Positions 8,530 through 17,631 of a DNA stretch of 32,000 bases are shown here, one piece after another. This DNA comes from Candidatus Saccharimonadota bacterium (GTDB taxonomy: Bacteria > Patescibacteriota > Patescibacteriia > 2-12-FULL-60-25). The DNA lies in assembly GCA_022843095.1 (NCBI GenBank), contig JALHOH010000001.1, forward strand, positions 600,001-632,000. The letters are read 5' to 3'. Under the pieces are notes generated by a model. That model had not been told where the DNA came from. It did no database searches and worked only from the letters and a program-made list of their open reading frames with translations. Position 1 is the stretch's first letter, and each line of letters begins with the position of its first letter. A program made the translations under genes and the position numbers.

Positions 8530-11172
8530 ATGTCTACGGAGTTTACGATGGCAAAGGCGTATGAGCCGAGCGGTTTAGAGGAGCAACTCTACGCCGCGTG
8601 GGAAGCGTCCGGTGCATTTAACCCGGACCATCTTCCGGATCGCAATCAGCAAGGCGAGCCGTATTGCATCCTGATGCCGCCGCCGAATCGCACAGGGACG
8701 TTGCATATGGGGCATGCGACGATGCTTGCGATTGAGGATGTGCTCGCACGGTTTCATCGAATGCGAGGAAAAAAGGTGTTGTGGATTCCGGGGACGGACC
8801 ACGCGGCCATCGCGACGCAGGTGAAGGTGGAGCAGTTGCTTATCAAAGAGGGGATCAAAGACCCGCGCGCCGAATTGGGTCGGGAGAAGTTTTTGGAACG
8901 GGTGGTGGCGTTTGCGGAAGATTCTGCAAAGACGATTAACCACCAGGTGCGAAAGATGGGATCGTCCTGCGACTGGTCGCGTGAACGCTATACTTTTGAT
9001 GCAGAACGCAACGCCGCGGTGAATCGCGTGTTTGCCATGATGTTTGAAGACGGGATCATCGAGCGTGGATATCGCGTGGTGAATTGGGATCCGCAGTTTC
9101 AAACGACGCTGTCCGATGACGAGCTGGAAACGAAAGAAACCACGGCGCGTTTGTTGACCTTCAAATACGACGCGGATTTTCCTATTGCGATTTCGACGAC
9201 GCGTCCGGAGACGAAGTTTGGTGACACGGCTGTTGCGGTGCATCCGGACGATACGCGCTATCAAGCATTTGTTGGAAAAACCTTGGATGCGGTATTTTGC
9301 GGCAAAAAAATCCAGATTCGCGTGATCGCTGATCCGGCCGTTGATCCGGCATTTGGAACGGGGGCGCTTGGGGTCACTCCGGCGCACAGCATGATCGACG
9401 CGGAACTTGCAGAGCGTCACGGGTTGCCGACCATCCCGGTGATCGGGCGCGATGGTCGGTTGCTTCTGGGTGCAGTTCCGGAGGCATTTGTTGGGTGTAC
9501 CTTAAGCGATGCGCGAAAAATGATTGAAGAAGCATTGCAGGCGCAGGGTTTGCTTCAGGAGGTGAAAGAGGTCCCGCAAGCATTGCCGATTGCGCAGCGC
9601 GGGGGAGCAATCGTGGAACAGCTTCCCATGAAGCAGTGGTTTGTCCGCGCAAACAAGCCGTTTGCGTTGCGTCAGGACACGCTGGGAAAATGGAAGAAAG
9701 GGGATCAGGTGACGCTGAAGGAACTCATGCGCGAAGCCGTGGCCTCGAAGCAGACGTCCATCGTTCCAGACCGGTTTGAGAAGATTTATTTTCATTGGAT
9801 CGAGCATCTGCGCGATTGGTGCATTTCGCGCCAGATTTGGTTTGGGCACCGTATTCCGGTGTGGTATCGCGGGGACGAACTCCGGGTGTCCGAAGGATCT
9901 CCAGGGGAGGGATGGGAGCAGGATCCGGACACGCTCGACACGTGGTTTTCTTCTGGGATGTGGACGTTTTCGGCGTTGGGTTGGCCAAATGAAGAGACGT
10001 GGAACCGGCACCGCGCGTATCATCCGACGGCGGTTCTTGAAACCGGCTATGATATTTTGTTTTTCTGGGTTGCGCGTATGGTGCTCATGGCGACGTATGC
10101 CATTGGGGAGGTGCCGTTCAAGGATGTGTATCTGCACGGACTCGTCCGCGATGAGCAGGGACGCAAGATGTCCAAGTCATTGGGCAACGTGTTGGATCCG
10201 TTGGATCTCATCCCGAAATATGGGACAGATGCCGTACGGTTGTCGCTCATGGTGGGCACAACGCCGGGCATGGACGTCAAGTTATCCGAGCAAAAGATCG
10301 AGGGGTTCCGCAACTTTACGAATAAAGTGTGGAACATTGCTCGGTACATTTTGAGCACCACGAATGCGGACGCAGCGCCATCAACCACAACGACGCTTGC
10401 GGATCGTTGGTTGGATGCGCGTCTTGCGACGGTCACGCGTTCGGTGACGGAAAAATTGGAACGCTACCAATTTTCGGCGGCGGCAGAAGAGCTTCGTGAT
10501 TTTACCTGGAATGATTTGGCGGATTGGTACCTGGAAATCGCGAAAGTCGAAGGGGGGAAGGATGCGCGACTGCGCCGCACGTTGCAGACAGTGCTGGCAC
10601 TTTGGCATCCGTTTATGCCATTTGTGACCGAGGAGATTTGGAAGCAGGCAGCACCAGGATCACCCTTTTTGATGGTGACTCCGTGGCCGATGGCAGAAGG
10701 TCGGGCAGAGGAACCGGTGTTTACGGCGTTGCAATCGTTGGTGACGGAGATGCGTCGCTTGCGTGCGGAACAGCGGGTGGAGCCGTCACGCGCGATTGCA
10801 TTTTCGATCGTGTGTGAGTCAGAGCTTTGGTCGCAGTTGGAAGAGAATAGCGCATGGATCAAGCGATTGGTGCATGCAGAAGCCATCACTCGAACCAGCT
10901 CCTTGCCGGCGTCTTGGCCGGTTGCGACGCAGGGCGCGACATCCGTCGGATTCGATCCGGCGGGGGCGTTGGATTTGGCCCAGGAACGGGAAAAATGGAA
11001 GAAAGAGCTCGAAGCAACCGTCGGGTACATCGCCTCGTTAGAACAGAAGTTGGCGAATCAAGAATTTACGGCAAAAGCGCCGGAAAAAGTGATCCAAGGG
11101 ATGCGGGAGAAGCATGCGGATGCCGTCGCAAAACGGGATACGCTTCGCGCTCGGTTGGCAGAGGATTCCTGA
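8530..11172 (+). CDS. valS: valine--tRNA ligase
   Basis: Motifs are PPPNRTGTLHMGHA (HIGH) and KMSKSLGN (KMSKS), with a C-terminal coiled coil. Possible starts are GTG 8521, ATG 8530 and ATG 8548. Length is about 880 aa. Confidence 0.97.
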   Translation: MSTEFTMAKAYEPSGLEEQLYAAWEASGAFNPDHLPDRNQQGEPYCILMPPPNRTGTLHMGHATMLAIEDVLARFHRMRGKKVLWIPGTDHAAIATQVKVEQLLIKEGIKDPRAELGREKFLERVVAFAEDSAKTINHQVRKMGSSCDWSRERYTFDAERNAAVNRVFAMMFEDGIIERGYRVVNWDPQFQTTLSDDELETKETTARLLTFKYDADFPIAISTTRPETKFGDTAVAVHPDDTRYQAFVGKTLDAVFCGKKIQIRVIADPAVDPAFGTGALGVTPAHSMIDAELAERHGLPTIPVIGRDGRLLLGAVPEAFVGCTLSDARKMIEEALQAQGLLQEVKEVPQALPIAQRGGAIVEQLPMKQWFVRANKPFALRQDTLGKWKKGDQVTLKELMREAVASKQTSIVPDRFEKIYFHWIEHLRDWCISRQIWFGHRIPVWYRGDELRVSEGSPGEGWEQDPDTLDTWFSSGMWTFSALGWPNEETWNRHRAYHPTAVLETGYDILFFWVARMVLMATYAIGEVPFKDVYLHGLVRDEQGRKMSKSLGNVLDPLDLIPKYGTDAVRLSLMVGTTPGMDVKLSEQKIEGFRNFTNKVWNIARYILSTTNADAAPSTTTTLADRWLDARLATVTRSVTEKLERYQFSAAAEELRDFTWNDLADWYLEIAKVEGGKDARLRRTLQTVLALWHPFMPFVTEEIWKQAAPGSPFLMVTPWPMAEGRAEEPVFTALQSLVTEMRRLRAEQRVEPSRAIAFSIVCESELWSQLEENSAWIKRLVHAEAITRTSSLPASWPVATQGATSVGFDPAGALDLAQEREKWKKELEATVGYIASLEQKLANQEFTAKAPEKVIQGMREKHADAVAKRDTLRARLAEDS

Positions 11173-11197
11173 CTTCTGGAGTGACGCTTGACACAAG

Positions 11198-11236
11198 GGG
11201 AGACTTCCGCCATGATGGCGGGAGTCCTTTTTTTTC
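11198..11236 (+). terminator. rho-independent terminator after valS
   Basis: An imperfect hairpin, GGGAGACTTCCGCC-ATGAT-GGCGGGAGTCC, is followed by a T9 run (11228-11236). Confidence 0.6.
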
Positions 11237-11465
11237 GGGTGGTCGTTTAATCGGTAAGACACGAGATGCCTTTTTGCCTCGCCGTGATCCTGTCATACGT
11301 CATGCATCCACGGCGTATGTCCGATGAGTCCAAAAGCGTGTGGGTCTCCGACTCGCTATTGGCTCAGCGTCGATGCAGCGTCGACGTTCGTCTCCACCAC
11401 CACACCTCCTCCGGGAGGCGAGAAGGCTAGTACTCGAAATGCTGGTTCAAGCCCGGCCCACCCGA
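11236..11465 (+). ncRNA. structured RNA with tRNA-like ends split by about 165 nt (identity unresolved)
   Basis: A 7-bp acceptor-like stem pairs CGGGTGG (11236-42) with CCACCCG (11458-64), followed by A73. U8 is present. The D-arm GTTT-AATCGGTA-AGAC (11245-60) is almost identical to that of tRNA-Glu at 20780-95. There is an AAAT variable loop and a T-arm GCTGG-TTCAAGC-CCGGC (11441-57). In place of an anticodon arm, CGAG/AT/GCCTTTTTGCCTC (11262-80) pairs with GAGGCGAGAAGGC/TAGTA/CTCG (11415-36) as 4+13 bp, enclosing 134 nt. A dedicated terminator follows. Confidence 0.5.
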
Positions 11466-11474
11466 CTCTCTTTT

Positions 11475-11510
11475 CACCCCATGCATCCGCATGGGGTGTT
11501 TTCTTTTGGT
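11475..11510 (+). terminator. rho-independent terminator of the tRNA-like RNA
   Basis: A perfect 10-bp stem pairs CACCCCATGC (11475-84) with GCATGGGGTG (11489-98), with loop ATCC, followed by TTTTCTTTTGGTTT. Confidence 0.75.
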
Positions 11511-11539
11511 TTGCGAATAGACGTGCGCTTCGATAAGAT
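11511..11539 (+). promoter_or_regulatory. sigma70-like promoter for tyrS (would give a leaderless or near-leaderless mRNA)
   Basis: TTGCGA (11511-16), a 17-nt spacer and TAAGAT (11534-39) are present. ATG 11549 lies only 10 nt after the -10 box, and no SD is visible. Confidence 0.35.
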
Positions 11540-11548
11540 GCGGTCGAT

Positions 11549-12769
11549 ATGTCTGCTGTCTCTACCGACGCATCATTGATCGAACAGTTCTTGTCTCATG
11601 CGGTCGAGAATGTGTTTCCGTCCACCGAGGCGTTACGTGAACGCCTCTCTTCCGGCAAGCGGTTGCGCGTGTATTACGGGATCGATCCAACGGGCCCGAC
11701 CATCCATCTTGGTCACACGGTGCCCTTGCGCAAGCTTCGGATTTTGCAGCAGCTTGGCCACGAGGTGATTTTGCTGATCGGAGACTTTACAGCCATGATC
11801 GGCGATCCGACGGGAAAATCAGATACGCGCAAACAATTGACCAAAGAACAGGTCGCGGAAAACATGGCGCTCTATCGAACGCAGGCTTCGACCTTTTTGG
11901 ATTTTGATGGACCGAATCCCGCGCATTTTCGGTTGAACAGCGAATGGTTGGGAAAAATGACGTTTTCAGATGTGATCGCGCTCGCCTCCAAATTTACAGT
12001 GCAGCAGATGCTTGAGCGCGACATGTTTGAAAAGCGGTTAGAAGAGGGGACGCCGATCCATGTCCACGAATTCTTTTATCCGCTCATGCAGGGATACGAT
12101 TCCGTGGCGTTGGATGTGGATTTGGAACTCTGTGGAAACGATCAAACGTTTAACGCGTTGGCAGGGCGCACATTGCAACGCATCGAGCGCAATAAAGAGA
12201 AGGCCGTTCTTGCAACCAAGTTGCTCACCGACGCAACCGGGAAGAAGATGGGCAAGAGTGAGGGAAACATGGTTGCGATGACCGATGCTCCGGAGGATAT
12301 GTTTGGGAAGGTTATGAGCTGGCCGGATGCCATGATCGTACCCTCTTTTGAGATTGCGACGGATGCATCGCCCGAGCAGGTAGCACGTGTGAAGCAGGCG
12401 ATGGCAGACGGAGAAAATCCCATGTTGTTTAAGCGCGAATTGGCGCGTCAGATTGTGACGATGCTCGCGAGTGCGGAGGCGGCTGTTTTGGCGGAAGCGC
12501 ATTTTGATCGTGTCCATAAAGACCATGCCGCGCCTGAAGACATTCGCGAGGTGCGGATGGACGTGGCGGAGATCGCATTGGTGGATGCGCTCGTGCAAGC
12601 CGGACTCGTGGATTCAAAGTCAGAGGCGCGTCGTCAGATTGAACAAGGGGGTGTCAAAGTGGATGACACGGTAGTGACCGACGTCAAAGCGCAGATTCGA
12701 GTAGATGCGGGGGGAACGACGCTCCAGAAGGGAAAACGACACTTTGCGAAACTCATCCGAAACGCCTAA
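11549..12769 (+). CDS. tyrS: tyrosine--tRNA ligase
   Basis: Motifs are GIDPTGPTIHLGH (HIGH) and KMGKS (KMSKS), with a C-terminal S4-like domain (SEARRQIEQGGVKVD). Confidence 0.95.
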   Translation: MSAVSTDASLIEQFLSHAVENVFPSTEALRERLSSGKRLRVYYGIDPTGPTIHLGHTVPLRKLRILQQLGHEVILLIGDFTAMIGDPTGKSDTRKQLTKEQVAENMALYRTQASTFLDFDGPNPAHFRLNSEWLGKMTFSDVIALASKFTVQQMLERDMFEKRLEEGTPIHVHEFFYPLMQGYDSVALDVDLELCGNDQTFNALAGRTLQRIERNKEKAVLATKLLTDATGKKMGKSEGNMVAMTDAPEDMFGKVMSWPDAMIVPSFEIATDASPEQVARVKQAMADGENPMLFKRELARQIVTMLASAEAAVLAEAHFDRVHKDHAAPEDIREVRMDVAEIALVDALVQAGLVDSKSEARRQIEQGGVKVDDTVVTDVKAQIRVDAGGTTLQKGKRHFAKLIRNA

Positions 12770-12771
12770 CT

Positions 12772-14532
12772 ATGCACGCGTGGGAACAATGGAAAAAAAC
12801 CTTTGCCGAACGACTCGGCGACGTGTTAGTGCGTTCGATTTCACCGGAAGAGATATTGGTTCCACAAAATCCTGAACATGGGGATTTTGCGTTTGGTTGC
12901 TTTAAGCTGGCGAAAGAGCGCGGTCAATCGCCGGCAGCGATCGCGCAAGATCTAGCTGCGCATCTTCGTTTGGATCACACCGATTTCGCGGAGGTGGCCG
13001 CTGTTGGTCCGTACGTCAATGTCCGGTTGGAAACGCGCGATGCAGTGCATCGTGTGGTGCGCGATATCGAGACGGCAGAGGATGCTTATGTTCAAGGGGT
13101 CTCGAAGCCGGGAAAAATCGTTTTGGAATACGCGAACCCGAACACGCACAAAGAGTTGCACGTCGGTCATTTGCGTAACATCGTGCTTGGTGTTGCCTTG
13201 GTTCGGACCATGCAGGCGGCGGGATACCCTGTTGTGCCGATTGGATTCTTGAACGATGTCGGATCAAATGTCGGTAAAACCTTGTGGTATCTCGTTCAAT
13301 CGGAAGGAGAGGATGTCCGAACGTTTGATGAGACGGCATTGGAACGTGTCCTTCACAAGATTCTTCCGGAACGCCGGACCGGGAATGAATTGGGGCGCTT
13401 GTATACCGAAGCAACGCGGGCAGTAGAGGCGGATGAAACGCGCAAAGAAGACGTGTCATTTGTGCAGCAGCAGTTGGAAGCCCACACCCCGGCATGGGAG
13501 CAGTTGTGGCGCGAGACACGGCGCTGGTGCATCGATGAAATGGCGCAGATTTTTGCGGATTTAGGCGTGACCGTGGAACGGCAGTATTTTGAATCGGATT
13601 TGTTGGATCGGAGCCATGAGGTTGTTCGGGATTTGCTTGCAAAAGGCATCGCGAAAGAAAGTGAAGGGGCGGTGATCGTGGATTTGGAAGAAGAGAAACT
13701 CGGAGTCGTTGTGTTGCGGAAACAGGACGGTACGTTGCTGTACTCCGCAAAAGATTTGGCGCTTGCGGAATGGAAGCGCGCGGAATATCCGGACATGACG
13801 GCTTCTTGGGTGTTGGTGGACATGCGTCAGTCGTTGTACTTCCGCCAATTGGGTTCCATCCTGAAAAAATTGGGAATTGTTTCTCCTGTTGAAGCGATCG
13901 TGTATGAATTGGTGACGTTGCCGGAAGGAGCGATGTCGAGTCGAAAAGGAAACATCGTCACGTTCCAACAACTACGTGATACGGTGCTTGCCTACGCACG
14001 CGAGGAGGTGGTGAAACGTCATCCGGAATGGCACGAGGGGAAGGTTGCACATACGGCTTGGGCGATTGCCATCGCTGGGATGAAGTTTGGGATGGTGAAG
14101 CAAGATCCGGATAAGGTGTTTACCTTTGATTTGGCGCAGCAGCTTGCGTTTGATGGAGCAACGGGTCCGTATATTCAGTACGCGGCAACGCGCATGGGTT
14201 CGATTTTGCGGAAAGCGGAATCCCAGGGCGTACGCGTGACGGACGGGGAGCTTAGCCGCGCAGCAACGCATCCGACGGAAAAAGCGCTGGCATTGCAGCT
14301 CGCGAAACTTCCTTCCGTGGTGGCGCAATCCGGCGCCGAACGCAAACCGGCACTCGTGGCGCACTGGGCATTGGAAACGGCGCAGGCGGCAAATGCGTTT
14401 TATCGTGATGTGCCGGTGCTGGAGGGGGAGATTGGGTCTCAGGTGGCACGGTTGCGACTGTGCCGAGCGACGCGTCGTGCCCTTGAAAAAGCCTTGTTCT
14501 TGCTGGGAATCCCATTGCCGGACGAGATGTAG
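12772..14532 (+). CDS. argS: arginine--tRNA ligase
   Basis: Motifs are ANPNTHKELHVGHLRN and MSSRKGN, with a C-terminal DALR-like anticodon-binding region. It starts 2 nt after the tyrS stop. Confidence 0.95.
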   Translation: MHAWEQWKKTFAERLGDVLVRSISPEEILVPQNPEHGDFAFGCFKLAKERGQSPAAIAQDLAAHLRLDHTDFAEVAAVGPYVNVRLETRDAVHRVVRDIETAEDAYVQGVSKPGKIVLEYANPNTHKELHVGHLRNIVLGVALVRTMQAAGYPVVPIGFLNDVGSNVGKTLWYLVQSEGEDVRTFDETALERVLHKILPERRTGNELGRLYTEATRAVEADETRKEDVSFVQQQLEAHTPAWEQLWRETRRWCIDEMAQIFADLGVTVERQYFESDLLDRSHEVVRDLLAKGIAKESEGAVIVDLEEEKLGVVVLRKQDGTLLYSAKDLALAEWKRAEYPDMTASWVLVDMRQSLYFRQLGSILKKLGIVSPVEAIVYELVTLPEGAMSSRKGNIVTFQQLRDTVLAYAREEVVKRHPEWHEGKVAHTAWAIAIAGMKFGMVKQDPDKVFTFDLAQQLAFDGATGPYIQYAATRMGSILRKAESQGVRVTDGELSRAATHPTEKALALQLAKLPSVVAQSGAERKPALVAHWALETAQAANAFYRDVPVLEGEIGSQVARLRLCRATRRALEKALFLLGIPLPDEM

Positions 14533-14548
14533 CCGCTTCGTTTCTTGA

Positions 14549-14568
14549 GCAACCCCAAACGGGGTTGC
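14549..14568 (+). other. GC-rich hairpin after argS (weak terminator or RNA stabiliser)
   Basis: GCAACCCC-AAAC-GGGGTTGC forms a perfect 8-bp stem but has no clear T tract after it. Confidence 0.3.
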
Positions 14569-14582
14569 TATCGTATTCCCAT

Positions 14583-15617
14583 ATGCCTTCGCTTTTGGAT
14601 CGGGATGCGTGGTGGTGGGGCGTTGGGGTGGTGCTTGCGGCGGCACTGACGTCGTTTATCGTGTTTTCACCGGAAACGTCACTTCCAAACGCGTATGTGG
14701 AGGACCGTGTGCCCACTTCGACGCGCGAAATGACGCGGGTTGGTGCGATCCTTCCGCTCTCGGGCGCGGCATCTGGGACGCATGGAGAGGGGTTTGTGGA
14801 GGCGCTTGAATCCGCGTTTCAAGAGCGGAATGCTTTGCAAAGCGCGACATCGTCTCTTGTCATACTTTCCGTCGAGGATAGCGGCTGTACGCCTGCGGGT
14901 GCTGCGTCTGCGACCAAGCGTTTGTTGCAAGAACGTCCAGCATTGTTGCTTGGAGGGGTCTGTCCGGGTGAGTTCCTGGCGTACGCGCAGGTCGTGACAA
15001 CGACGCCGACGCTTCTCTTTTCGGAAACCGTCCCGCCACGACCACGTGGAGTGACAACGACGTGGTTCACGGCGCTTCTGCCAACGTCATCCATGCGCGC
15101 GCGTGCAACGGTGCGATTCGGCATCCGTACGGAGCGGCAGCGCGTTGGGATCGTTGCGGAGCGCGAAGGGCGTTCGTTGCAGGCCACGGATGCCGTGATC
15201 GGAGATCTGCGCCGTTCCGGCCATGTGCTTGCCTCCGTGATGCGTCTGCCACGGACCCAGCGACAGTTTCGGAATCAGGTGCGTCTCTTAAAAAATGCGC
15301 GTGTGCAAACGGTGTATCTCGCCGCGTCCACTCGGGCGTTTGCCGTGGCTTTTTTGAAGGAGTTTGAGGCCCAAGGCGTGCAAGCGCAGGTTATCGCTGA
15401 AGGCGGTTGGATGGATGAGGGTCCGGAATCCGTGTTTGAAGGCGTGACTCGTATCGATTCTGTTTTTTCTCGCACTGTACCCATCGAGATCACGGCGAAC
15501 GCCGTTGCGGATCGAGTGGATCGCATGCTGCGGGGGCAGTCCGTGACCACCACTCCGTTCGTCGTGCGCATGTATGAGCAAGGGGGGTGGGATGTTCGTG
15601 ACACGTTTGATTTATGA
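14583..15617 (+). CDS. membrane-anchored type-1 periplasmic-binding-fold protein (LivK/branched-chain amino-acid-binding-like)
   Basis: ATG 14583 is preferred over TTG 14565. It has a TM anchor (WWWGVGVVLAAALTSFIVF) followed by RVGAILPLSGAASG...VEDSGCTPAGAASATKRLL...LLGGVCPGE, typical of this solute-binding fold. No ABC permease or ATPase lies nearby. Confidence 0.6.
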   Translation: MPSLLDRDAWWWGVGVVLAAALTSFIVFSPETSLPNAYVEDRVPTSTREMTRVGAILPLSGAASGTHGEGFVEALESAFQERNALQSATSSLVILSVEDSGCTPAGAASATKRLLQERPALLLGGVCPGEFLAYAQVVTTTPTLLFSETVPPRPRGVTTTWFTALLPTSSMRARATVRFGIRTERQRVGIVAEREGRSLQATDAVIGDLRRSGHVLASVMRLPRTQRQFRNQVRLLKNARVQTVYLAASTRAFAVAFLKEFEAQGVQAQVIAEGGWMDEGPESVFEGVTRIDSVFSRTVPIEITANAVADRVDRMLRGQSVTTTPFVVRMYEQGGWDVRDTFDL

Positions 15618-16249
15618 ACGCACGAACGCGAGCCACGCGACATACGCGAGCCGTCGAGATTGTGAAGGTGTTGCGGAAATTGTTTCCGCATCCAACCGTC
15701 GCGTTGCGTTATGGTTCTCCGTGGGAATTATTGGTTGCCGTGATGTTGTCTGCGCAGTGTACGGACAAAAAGGTGAACGAAGTCACCGCGCGGTTGTTTC
15801 GTAAGTACCGCACGCTTGAAGCCTATTGTCGCGCCTCTCAGACGGCGTTCGAGCAGGATATTTTTCAAACCGGATTCTATCGGCAGAAGGCGAAGCATAT
15901 CTTGGCCACCGCAAAACGGATTCGGGATGTGTATGATGGAACGGTTCCCTCTGCGATGGAAGATTTATTGTCGTTGCCGGGGGTTGCGCGAAAAACGGCG
16001 AACGTGGTCAGGAACGCCGCGTTTGGTTTGGTCGACGGGATCGCGGTGGATACGCATGTGCGGCGGTTAACACGGCGGTGGGGACTGACAACGTCCACGG
16101 ATCCAAAACGGATCGAGCGCGAGTTGATGGAGATTCTGCCCCGTTCGGCATGGAAGGATTTTACTCTGCAGGTCATCGAATATGGGCGCACCTATTGCCC
16201 TGCGAAACGGCATGACCATGCGGCGTGTCCCATTCCGGATGCGCGTTGA
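15614..16249 (+). CDS. nth: endonuclease III (HhH-GPD DNA glycosylase)
   Basis: Motifs are MLSAQCTDKKVN, LPGVARKTANVV and GIAVDTHVRR. There is an ATGA overlap with the upstream gene. The C-terminus has only two Cys (YCPAKRHDHAAC). Confidence 0.9.
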   Translation: MNARTRATRHTRAVEIVKVLRKLFPHPTVALRYGSPWELLVAVMLSAQCTDKKVNEVTARLFRKYRTLEAYCRASQTAFEQDIFQTGFYRQKAKHILATAKRIRDVYDGTVPSAMEDLLSLPGVARKTANVVRNAAFGLVDGIAVDTHVRRLTRRWGLTTSTDPKRIERELMEILPRSAWKDFTLQVIEYGRTYCPAKRHDHAACPIPDAR

Positions 16250-16281
16250 CCGTTCGATTTTTGTTCTGGTACGGTGTCTTC

Positions 16282-17631
16282 ATGCCAGATTTGTTTGACG
16301 GGGCCGCGGCTGCGCGTCGAAAAACGGCCGGTCCTTTGCCGGACCGGATTCGTCCGCAATCGTTTGCGGAGTTTTTGGGGCAACAGGCGCTTGTGGGAGC
16401 GGACGCGCCATTGCGGCGGTTGATCCAGGAAGATCAGGTGCCGAATTTGATTTTTTGGGGGCCACCGGGATGCGGCAAAACCACGCTTGCAAAACTCATT
16501 GCCGCGCATACACATGCAGAATTTGTGGAGCTTTCTGCGGTCATGAGCGGCGTGCAAGACATACGTAACGTCGTGAAAGACGCCGAAGCAACGGAAAAAT
16601 ATCATGGACGTCGCACCATTTTGTTTATCGATGAAATCCACCGGTTCAATAAGGCACAGCAAGACGCACTGTTGCCACATGTGGAGCGCGGGACGGTTAC
16701 CTTGATCGGCGCAACAACGGAGAATCCAAGTTTTGAGGTGATTACGCCGTTGCTTTCTCGATGCAAAGTCTTTGTGCTGGAAAAACTTTCCATCCAGGAG
16801 GTGGAAGTATTGCTTGCGCGAGCGCTGGAAGATCGGACGCGTGGGCTTGGGGCAAAGTGCGTGGCAGCGGATCCGGGGGTGCTTACGGATTTGGCGTCCA
16901 TGGCCGACGGAGACGCACGTCATGCCTTGGTTGCGCTTGAATTGGCGGTGAAGTCGGCGAGTGTTGGAAGCGATGGGGTCATTCGCCTGACGCGAGATCA
17001 TGTCGGCCGCGCCTTGCAGCGCACGCATCTCGCCTATGATAAAGGGGGAGAGGAGCACTACAACATCATTTCGGCGTTGCATAAGTCCATGCGCGGGAGT
17101 GATCCGGACGCAGCGTTGTATTGGCTTGGTCGCATGCTCGAGGCGGGGGGAGATCCGTTGTATGTTGCGCGTCGGTTGATTCGATTTGCCTCGGAAGACG
17201 TGGGTCTTGCGGATCCGCAGGCGTTGCCACAAGCGGTCGCGGCAGCACAGGCGGTACATCAGATCGGGATGCCGGAATGTGCGGTGAATTTGGCGCAGGC
17301 CGTGGTGTATTTGTCGCTCGCGAAAAAATCGAATGCGCTGTACCGGGCGTATGGCCAGGTGGCGCGGGATCTTCGGACGTTGCCGAATGCGCCGGTTCCG
17401 TTACATTTACGAAACGCGCCCACGGATCTGATGAAGTCGCTTGGATACGGCAAAGGGTATGTGTACACGCCAGATGACCCGACCGCACCACAATCCTTTT
17501 TACCGGAGGCGCTGGTGGGCAAGGTGTATTGGTCTCCCGAACCGGGTATACTAGGGACATGGGGCGCGTCGTCTACGCAAAACCCAAAAAAGAAGCAGGC
17601 CCCTCGCCCGAACGACGCATCACCGGGGTAA
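16282..17631 (+). CDS. rarA: replication-associated recombination protein A (AAA+ ATPase)
   Basis: ATG 16282 (MPDLFDG...) lies within ORF 16225..17631. Motifs are GPPGCGKTT (Walker A), FIDEIHRFNK, IGATTENPSFEV and the MgsA C-terminal region (HYNIISALHKSMRGSDPDAALYWL). Confidence 0.9.
   Translation: MPDLFDGAAAARRKTAGPLPDRIRPQSFAEFLGQQALVGADAPLRRLIQEDQVPNLIFWGPPGCGKTTLAKLIAAHTHAEFVELSAVMSGVQDIRNVVKDAEATEKYHGRRTILFIDEIHRFNKAQQDALLPHVERGTVTLIGATTENPSFEVITPLLSRCKVFVLEKLSIQEVEVLLARALEDRTRGLGAKCVAADPGVLTDLASMADGDARHALVALELAVKSASVGSDGVIRLTRDHVGRALQRTHLAYDKGGEEHYNIISALHKSMRGSDPDAALYWLGRMLEAGGDPLYVARRLIRFASEDVGLADPQALPQAVAAAQAVHQIGMPECAVNLAQAVVYLSLAKKSNALYRAYGQVARDLRTLPNAPVPLHLRNAPTDLMKSLGYGKGYVYTPDDPTAPQSFLPEALVGKVYWSPEPGILGTWGASSTQNPKKKQAPRPNDASPG

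Noticed and set aside
11236-11465. tmRNA (ssrA)
   Set aside because: The topology fits, but the acceptor stem is C1:G72 with G3:C70 rather than G3:U70. The only stops in the internal domain (TGA 11285, TGA 11325) follow implausible tag peptides. At 230 nt it is short for a tmRNA. It is retained only as an unresolved possibility in the finding.
11173-11548. T-box riboswitch leader for tyrS (a structured RNA plus terminator directly upstream of an aminoacyl-tRNA synthetase gene)
   Set aside because: There is no T-box consensus (AGGGUGGNACCGCG) next to the terminator; the only GGGTGGT lies at the far 5' end, where it pairs as an acceptor-like stem. No antiterminator alternative or specifier-loop arrangement could be drawn. 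A separate promoter-like signal lies between the terminator and the ATG.
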